Shown in pieces: positions 63,576 through 64,000 of a stretch of DNA of 64,000 bases. The notes beneath the pieces were generated by a model. The model was given only the letters and a program-made list of their open reading frames with translations. It made no database searches and was not told the origin of the DNA. Every line of letters starts with the position of its first letter. Within the stretch, counting starts at the first letter, position 1. Both the position numbers and the translations under genes were made by a program. This DNA is from Lachnospiraceae bacterium (GTDB lineage Bacteria; Bacillota; Clostridia; Lachnospirales; Lachnospiraceae): positions 5,600-69,599 of the forward strand of contig JAQUXP010000016.1 of the NCBI GenBank assembly GCA_028692395.1, in the 5' to 3' direction.

Positions 63576-64000
63576 AGATTACAGATTAACACCCAAAAGG
63601 CGGATTATCGAAAATATTGCAATTGCAGGGCTTATTGTGCTTTCTGCCTGTGCAGTGATAGCTGCCGTATTTCACTTTGCAGGAATGGAGATCTTTATGT
63701 ATGGACCACTGGAGATCAATCACACGATACAGATCCTGCTGGCGATCGTTATGATTGTGATCAGCTGGCGGGTTTATCTGCGGCACCGCTGGGCATGGGC
63801 AGCCAGCCTGGTTATTCTGATTGCAGGTATTGTACTAGATTTTATGGCAATCCAGCATCCTTTACATATCGTGCTGCTGGTGGCAGAAGCCGTGGCGTTT
63901 GTGGTACTTCTGGTATGCCATCAGGATTTCTGCAGAAGTGCTTCCAGGGGAAGCGTGCGCACGCTGACAGCAGAGGAGAAGGATCGGGTGCGCAAACTGG
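63568..64000 (+). CDS. integral membrane protein, 5-prime partial (runs off the window)
   Basis: ATG 63568 overlaps the upstream stop (ATGAATGA). I translated 144 codons without a stop and found three to four hydrophobic helices. This ORF is not in the supplied track because it has no stop in the window. The family is not identified. Confidence 0.5.
   Translation, partial: MNEDYRLTPKRRIIENIAIAGLIVLSACAVIAAVFHFAGMEIFMYGPLEINHTIQILLAIVMIVISWRVYLRHRWAWAASLVILIAGIVLDFMAIQHPLHIVLLVAEAVAFVVLLVCHQDFCRSASRGSVRTLTAEEKDRVRKL

Overview
This 64-kb chromosomal segment reads like a saccharolytic anaerobic Firmicute, probably a Clostridia or Lachnospiraceae-type gut organism. That assignment is an inference from protein families and AGGAGG-type ribosome-binding sites. 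I support about 56 CDS.

Four carbohydrate-uptake loci dominate the window:
- an SBP plus two permeases, an ArsR-like regulator and a GH43;
- a ROK regulator, SDR, FGGY kinase and GPH transporter;
- two AraC regulators, a DUF5107-TPR protein, an ABC transporter, a GH36 and an epimerase-like protein;
- a LacI regulator, a GH36-like protein, an ABC transporter, an AraC regulator and a beta-helix protein.

The remaining genes include a nucleoside-catabolism cluster (deoC, udp, cdd, deoB), a Cd/Zn-type P-type ATPase operon with an ArsR/SmtB repressor, an uncharacterised COG2984-type ABC system, and housekeeping genes (cfa, dtd, L25/Ctc, an rRNA methyltransferase, mtaD-like, sfsA). I recognised no rRNA, tRNA, CRISPR array, transposase, integrase, prophage or known defence genes.

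The most unusual signal is non-coding. Seven copies of a 140-285 bp long-hairpin (imperfect palindrome) repeat family sit at the 3-prime ends of genes or operons. They share conserved junction motifs, conserved asymmetric internal loops and a conserved apical loop. Their stems are hypervariable but change in a compensatory way.

Secondary observations:
- a 62-bp x3 tandem repeat overlaps a gene 3-prime end;
- a larC gene ends at its domain boundary next to one repeat copy;
- a second, roughly 50-nt repeat is present in two copies;
- several candidate operator arrays occur in intergenic regions;
- several loci contain proteins of unknown function.

All product calls come from reading the translated ORFs for family motifs. 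No database search was possible.
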